From: Verrucomicrobia bacterium UBA3783
Lineage (GTDB): Bacteria; Verrucomicrobiota; Kiritimatiellia; RFP12; UBA1067
DNA: 48,517 nt
Direction of reading: 5' to 3'
Assembly (NCBI GenBank): GCA_002369235.1
Contig: DFFF01000019.1
Coordinates: 8,628 to 57,144 of the forward strand
The position numbers and the translations under genes are program-made. Below are positions 9,611-16,638 of this stretch, in pieces. Within the stretch, counting starts at the first letter, position 1, and each line of letters starts with the position of its first letter. The notes below the pieces were generated by a model. It made no database searches. It was not told where the DNA came from and saw only the letters and a program-made list of their open reading frames with translations.

Positions 9611-10672
9611 CTAGTATTTTACCATATTTATCGCGTTTCGCATAGCCTCGCGATCGATTTTTTCTTCTTTCACCGTCTTGGCTCCAGAAGCCGGGAAGCT
9701 CAGCGGCTCCTTGCCGTGCGAGAGTTCCCAGGCGTCCAAGCCGAAAAGCACGTTGTCGGGCTGCGCGAGCAAATGTCCCGAGTGCGCAACGCCGTCCGCC
9801 GCACCGCAATCGACGAGAATCTTCGCGATTCTCGCTTCTTCCGGCTCGCTCAAAAACCCTTTTATCATTGCGTATTTCGCGTCGATCATGAGCCCGATCG
9901 TCATCGCGTAGCCATGCGGCAGCTTGTAGCCGCTCATCGTCTCCAGACGCATCGCCGACCACTCGCCGATCTCTTTCGCCGATCCGCGCTTGCGGGTTTC
10001 AAGGCAGCGCGAAACGATCTCGCACATGGCGTCGTAGTCGCGGTCTTTGAGGTCTCCGGCGTGTTTTTCCAGCAAATCCATCAGCGGCGCGTCGCACGCC
10101 GCCGCGAGCCGCGCGGCCTCTGCGAACCCCGCGCGCCACACACCGTCCAAAACCGTCCGCGCAAACGAATAGTCGATGAATACCCCGTCCGGACGGCAAG
10201 GAATCTTCAGCGCGTCCTTCACATTCACCGTATTCACCGCCGCCACGCCCGACCACGCGCCGTCGATCATCGACGCCACGGTCGTAGGCAGCCGCACGAG
10301 TTTCACACCGCCGCGAATCTGCTTTGCCGCATACCCCGCCACATCGAGCAGCGCACCTCCGCCAAGCGCGAGCACGATATCGTCACGCCCGATCTTCGCG
10401 TCCAGCATCGCATTCATCGTGCGCATCACCGTCGAGAACGCGTCCGACTTTATCTTTTCGCCGCCCGACAGCACCGCCGGCTTGCCGCAAAGCTGAATCC
10501 CGCCGGACTGGAAGCATTTGCCGATCTTTCCGCCGAGTTCCGGATTCTGCTGCACCACGTTGAAGTCCGCAACCAGCATTACCCGCGGGCTTTCCGTGCC
10601 CGAAATTTCCTTGAGCGCGGCGCAGAATTCTTCGCGCCCGGCTCCAAAAATATCATTTATCGCCTTTTCCAT
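9611..10672 (-). CDS. 3-dehydroquinate synthase-family (sugar-phosphate cyclase) protein with degenerate active site
   Basis: GGEKIK, ALGGGALLDVAGYAA and RLPTT are retained, but the GGK and GH..H motifs are substituted (see findings). Confidence 0.8.
   Translation of the reverse strand: MEKAINDIFGAGREEFCAALKEISGTESPRVMLVADFNVVQQNPELGGKIGKCFQSGGIQLCGKPAVLSGGEKIKSDAFSTVMRTMNAMLDAKIGRDDIVLALGGGALLDVAGYAAKQIRGGVKLVRLPTTVASMIDGAWSGVAAVNTVNVKDALKIPCRPDGVFIDYSFARTVLDGVWRAGFAEAARLAAACDAPLMDLLEKHAGDLKDRDYDAMCEIVSRCLETRKRGSAKEIGEWSAMRLETMSGYKLPHGYAMTIGLMIDAKYAMIKGFLSEPEEARIAKILVDCGAADGVAHSGHLLAQPDNVLFGLDAWELSHGKEPLSFPASGAKTVKEEKIDREAMRNAINMVKY
9616..9624 (-). promoter_or_regulatory. Candidate extended -10 element (TGGTAAAAT) for bamA, inside the 3' end of the upstream gene
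   Basis: The -10 hexamer ends 9 nt before the bamA ATG; no SD is visible and the -35 is weak. Confidence 0.4.
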
Positions 10673-12326
10673 GTCTTATCAGTTCTTCCGCATGTTTCTT
10701 GATTACACTTGTCAAATTCTCTCCGCCGAGCATCCGTGCGATTTCGCACACCCGCTCGTCACCTTCCACCTGATGTATCGACGTCTTCGTCCTGCCGTTC
10801 TCCACGCGCTTCTCCACCTTCAGGTGCCGCGTCCCGAACACCGCGCTCTGCGGCAAATGCGTGATCGCGATCACCTGATGGCTCGCGGCCACATTGCGCA
10901 TCTTCTCGCCTACCTTCGCGCCCGTCTCGCCGCCGATGTTCGCGTCGATTTCATCGAACACCATCACATCCGTCTCGTCATGCCCGCTCAACACCGCCTT
11001 CAACGCCAGCATCACCCGCGCCGCTTCGCCGCTGCTCGCAATCGCCGCCAGCTCCCGCGCACTCTCGCCGGGATTGGGCTCGAAAAGGTATTTTACCTTG
11101 TCGGTCCCGTGCGCCGACATCTCCGCCGCCGCCACCACGACCTCGAATTCCGCCTGCCTGAACCCAAGATCCTTTAGCTCCTTCGTCACCGCCTTGCCGA
11201 TCTTCGCCGCCGCTTTCCTGCGCGCTTCGCCAATCTTGCCGCCCAGCTGCTCCAGCGCCAGCCTTGCCGACTTCTCCCGCGCCTTCAGCTCCGCAAGCCG
11301 CTCTCCGCGCCTCTCCAGCTTCTCCAGCCGCTCCGACTTCGCTTCCAGCGCCGCCATGAGTTCCGCCACCGTCGCCGCCTTGTATTTGCGCTTCAGCCGG
11401 TTCACCAGCGTCAGCCGCGCATCGAGCTCGTCCAAATCTTCATCCGCGCCTTCGAGCCGCATCGCCGCACGGTTCACGTCCTCGGAAAGCGATTCCAGCT
11501 CCAGACGGATGTTCTCCGCCCTCTCCAGCCACTCGTCCGTCTCGAGAAACTTCGCCAGTGTGCGGAATCGCGGTCGCAAACGCTCCAGCAGTTCCGACGC
11601 TCCGCCGTCGCCGCCCAAAACTTCCGTCACCTCGCCTGCCGCCTCCACCGCGTCCCGCATCCGCGCCGCCCTGATCTGCCGCTCGCCGATCGTCTCGTCT
11701 TCCTCGCCAAGCGCCGCATCCTTCAATTCTCCAGTCTGGAAGCGCAACATGTCGATTTCATCTTCAACATCGCCCGCGCCTTCAAGCTCCTCGATCTCTC
11801 CCGCGATCGCGCCCAGCTCGCGCCACTTCTCCATATACTCCGCGCGCTCCGGCATCTTGTCCACGCCGCCGTAGCGGTCCAGCGCCTCGCGCTGGAAGTC
11901 ATCCTCGAGAATCCTTTCGTTCGCGCTCGCGCCATGGATGTCCACCAGCCCGCGCCCAAGCTTCTTCAAAAATCCCGCCGTGACCGGAGTGTCGTTCACC
12001 CACGCCTTGCCGCCGCCCGACGCATTGACCGTCCGCCGCACCACGAGCGTTTCGCCGTCGAACTCGATTCCGGCCTCCGCCAGCGTCGCCTCCCAAAGCC
12101 CGGAACCGCGCCCCTTGAACCCGAACTCCGCTTCCACCCGCGCTTCATTCGCACCGTCGCGCACCGCCTTGACGTCCGCCCGCCCGCCAAGCACCAGCTC
12201 CAGCGCCCCCATCAGCACGGATTTACCCGCGCCGGTTTCGCCGGTCAATACATTGAGCCCCTCGCCGAACTCCACTTCGGCGCGCTCCACCACGGCCAGA
12301 TTTTGTACTGAAAGCCTTTCGAGCAT
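10653..12326 (-). CDS. recN: DNA repair protein RecN
   Basis: TGETGAGKS Walker A, ASSGE..RVMLALK, FDEIDANIGG, ITHLPQ. Confidence 0.97.
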   Translation of the reverse strand: MLERLSVQNLAVVERAEVEFGEGLNVLTGETGAGKSVLMGALELVLGGRADVKAVRDGANEARVEAEFGFKGRGSGLWEATLAEAGIEFDGETLVVRRTVNASGGGKAWVNDTPVTAGFLKKLGRGLVDIHGASANERILEDDFQREALDRYGGVDKMPERAEYMEKWRELGAIAGEIEELEGAGDVEDEIDMLRFQTGELKDAALGEEDETIGERQIRAARMRDAVEAAGEVTEVLGGDGGASELLERLRPRFRTLAKFLETDEWLERAENIRLELESLSEDVNRAAMRLEGADEDLDELDARLTLVNRLKRKYKAATVAELMAALEAKSERLEKLERRGERLAELKAREKSARLALEQLGGKIGEARRKAAAKIGKAVTKELKDLGFRQAEFEVVVAAAEMSAHGTDKVKYLFEPNPGESARELAAIASSGEAARVMLALKAVLSGHDETDVMVFDEIDANIGGETGAKVGEKMRNVAASHQVIAITHLPQSAVFGTRHLKVEKRVENGRTKTSIHQVEGDERVCEIARMLGGENLTSVIKKHAEELIRHGKGDK

Positions 12327-12333
12327 TTTTGCC

Positions 12334-12421
12334 GTCTAGAGTCGCAAGTCTCAAGTTGCAAGGCCCAAGATATAAGGTGCAGATTATTGAACCTCAAACT
12401 TTCAACTTCAACTTTTCAACT
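12334..12421. repeat. Degenerate heptamer tandem repeat plus TCAACT-type repeats
   Basis: gtctaga gtcgcaa gtctcaa gttgcaa ggcccaa gatataa ggtgcag (12334-12382), then repeated ttcaact. Confidence 0.6.
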
Positions 12422-12446
12422 AATTTAACGTAAATCGAAAATCTTA

Positions 12447-12520
12447 TGGAGCGGGCGATGGGAATCGAACCCACGTAAGAAGCTTGGGAAGCTCCTATTC
12501 TGCCATTGAATTACGCCCGC
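12447..12520 (-). tRNA. tRNA-Gly(CCC)
   Basis: GCGGGCG...GGAGC-TTCCCAA-GCTTC...GGTTCGATTCC...CGCCCGCTCCA; cloverleaf with encoded CCA. Confidence 0.97.
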
Positions 12521-12525
12521 AGACT

Positions 12526-12617
12526 TGGCGGAGAGAGAGGGATTCGAACCCCCGATACCCTTGCGGGTATGCATGATTTCGAGTCATGTGCATTCAACCA
12601 GGCTCTGCCATCTCTCC
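12526..12617 (-). tRNA. tRNA-Ser(CGA)
   Basis: GGAGAGA...CATGA-CTCGAAA-TCATG, long variable arm TACCC-GCAA-GGGTA, GGTTCGAATCC, ends GCCA. Confidence 0.97.
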
Positions 12618-12630
12618 AAAAGGTTGCTGT

Positions 12631-12660
12631 ATTATATCATATTCCGATCTAAAAAATCAA
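12631..12660 (-). promoter_or_regulatory. Sigma70-type promoter of the tRNA pair
   Basis: TTGATT-18 nt-TATAAT with extended TG, 13 nt upstream of tRNA-Ser. Confidence 0.75.
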
Positions 12661-12740
12661 TACCCTTTTTTAATTCCGGGGCTCGGGTCTTCCTCCTATG
12701 CCATCGGCTACGGAGGACAGGCGGGTTTCGGGTAATTTTC

Positions 12741-12906
12741 GACACAGAGGCACAGAGACACAGAGAATTTTTAACGCAGAGTTTGCAGAGGACGCAGAGA
12801 ACACAGAGAATTTTTTAGCGTGTTGGAGAGTGCTCCGGACGCCCGCAGGGCGTAGAAGAAAATAATCTCGGCGCCTCAGCGTTCTCTGCCTAACTCTGCG
12901 CTAAAA
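12741..12906. repeat. CAGAG-repeat region with ~40-bp imperfect inverted repeats
   Basis: Seven CAGAG units at 12741-12809; 12769-12809 is the imperfect reverse complement of 12866-12906. Confidence 0.7.
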
Positions 12907-12932
12907 CTCTCCCTCGACCCTGACTCGTCAAA

Positions 12933-13379
12933 CTATAAAATCTTGCCCAACTCTCTCAGCGGGCGCATGACAAAATCGCGGTCCTTCGCCCGCGGATGCG
13001 GAAGCGTGAGTTCCTCGCTCTCCATGCGCACCTCGCCGAACTTTATGAGGTCTATGTCTATCGTCCTGGGACCGTTTTTTACCGTCCTCACGCGCCCTAG
13101 CCGGTCTTCTATCGCATGCATCCGCCGCGAGAACTCGAGCGGCGGGAGCGAACTCTCCAATATCAGGATCTGATTGAGAAAATCCCGGTCGCAAAACTCC
13201 TCCGGCACATCCACGCCCTTCGTCTCGATCACCCTGGACGCGGCGACCATGCGCGTCTCCGGCAGCTCCGACAAAAGCAAACGCGCCGACGCAAGATATT
13301 CCTCGCGCGGCGCGATGTTCGAGCCCAGCGAAACTATCACTTCGCGGCTTTCACGCGTCTCTTCGCCTTCTGTTCCCAT
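12933..13379 (-). CDS. folK: 2-amino-4-hydroxy-6-hydroxymethyldihydropteridine diphosphokinase
   Basis: SLGSN, FLNQ, KNGPRTIDIDLI, LPHPR...RDFV..PL. Confidence 0.95.
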   Translation of the reverse strand: MGTEGEETRESREVIVSLGSNIAPREEYLASARLLLSELPETRMVAASRVIETKGVDVPEEFCDRDFLNQILILESSLPPLEFSRRMHAIEDRLGRVRTVKNGPRTIDIDLIKFGEVRMESEELTLPHPRAKDRDFVMRPLRELGKIL

Positions 13380-14005
13380 TTTCTGAATTGCGCGGCGAAG
13401 CGCTCCGTCGCGGCGGCAAGCGCGCTTTCGGCGTCCACCTTCAGCCGGCGCGCAAGCTTGCAGGCCGCGAAAAGCATGTTCCCCACTTCCTCTTCCTTGG
13501 TGCGGCTCTCGATCTTGGCGTCGTCAACCTCGAATCCGTTGCGCCCGGCCTTCTCCTGGACGCGCTGCGCCTTCAAGAGCGCGGGCAAAGTGGGCGGAAC
13601 TCCGTCGAGCGCACTGTGGCGCTTCTCCTTGCGGTGCTCCATCTTCTTGATCCGCTCCCAATTCTTGAGCACCGCCGCCGGATCCTTCGCGTCTACATCG
13701 CCGAATACGTGCGGATGGCGGCGCACCAGTTTGTCGGAAACGGCATTGGCCACGTCATCGAACGTGAAGCGCCCTTCCTGCTCGGCCATGACCGCCTGGA
13801 ACATCACCTGCAGCAAGACATCGCCCAATTCTTCGACATGATTGTCCCTGTCCCCGGGGTTGTCCATCGCCGCGAGCAGTTCGTAGGCTTCCTCGAGAAC
13901 GCACGGCTTGAGCGTCTCGAGCGTCTGCACCCTGTCCCACGGGCAGCCCTTTTCAGGGTCGCGGAGCCTGACCATTATGTCGTGGAGCCGGTCGATTCCG
14001 TCCAT
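13337..14005 (-). CDS. mazG: Nucleoside triphosphate pyrophosphohydrolase MazG
   Basis: Start moved to MDGIDRL; LRDPEKGCPWD..QT, EEAYE, EELGDVLLQ, RRHPHVFG. Second domain is shortened. Confidence 0.93.
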   Translation of the reverse strand: MDGIDRLHDIMVRLRDPEKGCPWDRVQTLETLKPCVLEEAYELLAAMDNPGDRDNHVEELGDVLLQVMFQAVMAEQEGRFTFDDVANAVSDKLVRRHPHVFGDVDAKDPAAVLKNWERIKKMEHRKEKRHSALDGVPPTLPALLKAQRVQEKAGRNGFEVDDAKIESRTKEEEVGNMLFAACKLARRLKVDAESALAAATERFAAQFRKWEQKAKRRVKAAK

Positions 14006-14015
14006 GGCGCCGCCT

Positions 14016-14681
14016 TCAAACCCTGAGCGTCCGGAGCACACGCTCCACGAGCATGTTGTCGAACTTCTCTCCAACATAGTTGGCGCCGCCGAAATCCTGC
14101 CACGCCACATGCGGAGAATGCACCGCCGCCACATGGAACGACGCCAGCAGCGCACTCTTGACGCCGAATCCGGATCCGGTGACGACCGCCGCCATCTGCG
14201 GCGCGACGCCGATTTCCTTGGCGGCGCGGCGCCACGCGTCCCACTTCACGTTGCCGTAGGTTATCGAGTTCTCGAAATACAGCTTTACATTGTCCGACAA
14301 CACCGGCGCGAACGCATCCTTGACCGACGCAATGTCGGCGCGGGTCGCAATCACGATCTTCAGCCCTTTGGCCTCCAGCGCCTTGACCGCCTTCACGAAC
14401 TCCGGCGCGAGACCTTCGGCGGCGATCTTGGCGCCGAGCGCCTTCTGGAACGCCACCGGCAGATCCTTCGCCGCCTTTGCCGCCGTCTTTTTCGTCTTGA
14501 GCGTCGCGAAAAACGCCGTCAGCCCGAGGAGATAGTTCTGCCCCGCCAGATACCGCGCTTCCGTGCCGGCATCGAGCTTGATGCCGTCGAGATCCTCGAA
14601 GAATTTTCTGGCCGTATCAAACAGCAATTGCGCGCCGTCGATCGCCGTGAAATCGTATTCGATGATTACGCCTTTGTCCAT
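14016..14681 (-). CDS. HAD-superfamily-like protein with degenerate motifs
   Basis: HAD layout (GVIIEYDFTAID; KIVIATR; VVTGSGFGVKSA) but the catalytic Asp residues are substituted. Confidence 0.6.
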   Translation of the reverse strand: MDKGVIIEYDFTAIDGAQLLFDTARKFFEDLDGIKLDAGTEARYLAGQNYLLGLTAFFATLKTKKTAAKAAKDLPVAFQKALGAKIAAEGLAPEFVKAVKALEAKGLKIVIATRADIASVKDAFAPVLSDNVKLYFENSITYGNVKWDAWRRAAKEIGVAPQMAAVVTGSGFGVKSALLASFHVAAVHSPHVAWQDFGGANYVGEKFDNMLVERVLRTLRV

Positions 14682-14703
14682 GATCCGGTCTCTTCCCCTT
14701 AGC

Positions 14704-15906
14704 TTACCGCTGCCCGATTTCCTTCAAAAGCCGTGCATACTCTTCCTTGGAGGTATCGAACGGCTTGCCGCCCTTGATGCGCGGGAATTCGCAGGCGCGG
14801 ATTTCGCCGCCCCGGTTCTCGTCCTCGCCCACCACGCCGGAAACGCCCTCGAGCGCACACTGCGCCGCCTTGCGCGCACACTTGCCGATAAGCTCCAGAT
14901 CGCGTTCGCACGGCGCCGCCGCACGCGCAAAATAGCCGGACTTGAATACCTGCACCTTCTCCGCGCCCAGCTCCTCGGCCAGCTTCTTGCCCAGCCACTG
15001 CCCCACATTCACCTTGTCGAGCCGCGGATGCCCGAATGCGTCCACCGGCACTTCCTCGCCGCGCGCCTTCATCTGCTCGATGATGTCCTTCACCCCGGCA
15101 CCCTCGGAAACGAACACGTTGACGCTGTCGCACTTGTCCATGATCGCCTTGAGCCGCGGCAGCTCAGACGCAAAATCGATGCCGTCTTCCGGGATGTACA
15201 CCGCATGCACCTCCTGGCGCTCTCGCGTGAGATTGAACTCCGGCACGAACTCCATCTTGTCCATGAGCCTGCGGTATTCGATCGCCGTCTGCACCGTGAG
15301 CCAGCCGCAGTTGCGGCCCATGACTTCGTGAATCGTGAGCGCACGCGGATTCGCGGAATTCTCCTTCACCACATTCGCGAAAAACTTCGCGCCCTCTTCG
15401 GCCGCCGTCCACGCGCCAAACGACTGGCGGATCGGATAGACGTCGTTGTCGATCGTCTTCGGCAGTCCCACGACGATAAGCGGATAATTGTTGTCGGCCA
15501 GATACTTCGCAAGGTCTGCCGCCGTCGTGTTCGTGTCGTCGCCGCCGATCGTATGCAGCACGTCCACGCCATCCCTGACGAGCTGGTCGGCCGCCACCTT
15601 GAGCGGATCTTCGCCTTCCTTGACGAGTCCGCGCTTGACGCAATCCTTGACGTTCGTGAGCTTTACGCGGCTGTTGCCGATCGGGCTGCCGCCGTGGCGC
15701 GTCAACACCAGCGCCCGCTCGCGCACCGCCGCCGTGACCGGGATCGACTCGCCCTTCAAAAGCCCCTTGTAGCCGTTGATGTAGCCGATCATCTCCACCT
15801 GCGGCGCCTTCTTCGTGTATTCATCGATCAAAAACCCGATCGACGAACTAAGGCACGGCGCAAGCCCGCCGGCCGTCAAAAACGCTACTTTCTTCACTTC
15901 CTTCAT
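14704..15906 (-). CDS. pfp: Pyrophosphate--fructose-6-phosphate 1-phosphotransferase (PPi-PFK)
   Basis: GGDDT and PKTIDND signatures of PPi-dependent PFK; EVMGRNCGWL. Confidence 0.93.
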   Translation of the reverse strand: MKEVKKVAFLTAGGLAPCLSSSIGFLIDEYTKKAPQVEMIGYINGYKGLLKGESIPVTAAVRERALVLTRHGGSPIGNSRVKLTNVKDCVKRGLVKEGEDPLKVAADQLVRDGVDVLHTIGGDDTNTTAADLAKYLADNNYPLIVVGLPKTIDNDVYPIRQSFGAWTAAEEGAKFFANVVKENSANPRALTIHEVMGRNCGWLTVQTAIEYRRLMDKMEFVPEFNLTRERQEVHAVYIPEDGIDFASELPRLKAIMDKCDSVNVFVSEGAGVKDIIEQMKARGEEVPVDAFGHPRLDKVNVGQWLGKKLAEELGAEKVQVFKSGYFARAAAPCERDLELIGKCARKAAQCALEGVSGVVGEDENRGGEIRACEFPRIKGGKPFDTSKEEYARLLKEIGQR

Positions 15907-15910
15907 GTTT

Positions 15911-16372
15911 TCAGATTCCTTTCAGAACATTTACCATTTCAATCGCGGAAATCATGCACTGTGCGCCCTTGTTGCCCTGCTTGGTGCCGCAGCGCTCCAC
16001 CGCCTGTTCAAGATTCTCCGCCGCGACGACGCCGTCAAGCACCGGAATCCCGGTCTTGAGCGAAATCTTCGCGAACGCCTCGCTCGTCGTGCCGTTGATG
16101 AGCGCGGCATGCGGCGTCGCACCCTGCACCACCGCGCCCAGCGCCACTACCGCATCGACGCCGCCGCGCTCGGCCAGCTTCGCCGCCGCAAGCGGAATCT
16201 CATACGCCCCCGGGACCTTCACGAGCGTAAGAGCGCTCTCGTCGCCGCCATGGCGCACAAATGCGTCGACCGCGCCCTTCACGAGCTGGTCGGTGAGAAA
16301 ACTGTTGAACCTGCTCACCACGATCGCGATCTTCATGTCGCTGGCGATGAGGTCGCCTGCAATCTCTTTCAT
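15911..16372 (-). CDS. ribH: 6,7-dimethyl-8-ribityllumazine synthase
   Basis: IVVSRFN, VPGAYEIP, GATPH, QAVERCGTKQGNKG. Confidence 0.96.
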   Translation of the reverse strand: MKEIAGDLIASDMKIAIVVSRFNSFLTDQLVKGAVDAFVRHGGDESALTLVKVPGAYEIPLAAAKLAERGGVDAVVALGAVVQGATPHAALINGTTSEAFAKISLKTGIPVLDGVVAAENLEQAVERCGTKQGNKGAQCMISAIEMVNVLKGI

Positions 16373-16410
16373 TTCGCCTCCTTATTGCGCAAAATTGCCG
16401 TTTTATTGGT

Positions 16411-16439
16411 ATTATATCAAAAATCGCGCGAAAAAGCAA
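16411..16439 (-). promoter_or_regulatory. Sigma70-type promoter of the ribH run
   Basis: TTGCTT-17 nt-TATAAT with extended TG; AGGAGG RBS before the ATG. Confidence 0.8.
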
Positions 16440-16595
16440 GTAGCGGGCGACGGCACGAGGGAGACGGCGCGAGAAACAATCACCCGCACAGAAGTCTTTC
16501 ACGCATCTGCGAGAATCGTTTCACGCGCATAATCCGCTTTTCTTCCCGCCCGTTCCCCTGCGCACCGTTCCCGGCCGCCGAAGCGGGCAGCCAAT

Positions 16596-16627
16596 GGCAG
16601 GGCGCGACGCGGTCATCGCGCCCTGCC
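16596..16627. repeat. Perfect 12-bp GC-rich inverted repeat (REP-like or 3'-stabilising hairpin)
   Basis: ggcagggcgcga-8 nt-tcgcgccctgcc, 11 nt after the stop of the giant gene; no U-tract. Confidence 0.7.
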
Positions 16628-16638
16628 TTCCCAGGCGC

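Noticed and set aside
12525-12818. 97-aa ORF MAEREGFEPP...
   Set aside because: Antisense translation of tRNA-Ser and the adjacent repeats.
12447-12930. Integrative element at the tRNA pair
   Set aside because: No integrase and no duplicated tRNA 3' end seen; the flanks are housekeeping genes.
16373-16600. FMN riboswitch upstream of ribH
   Set aside because: The promoter lies under 40 nt from the start codon and no RFN consensus is present.
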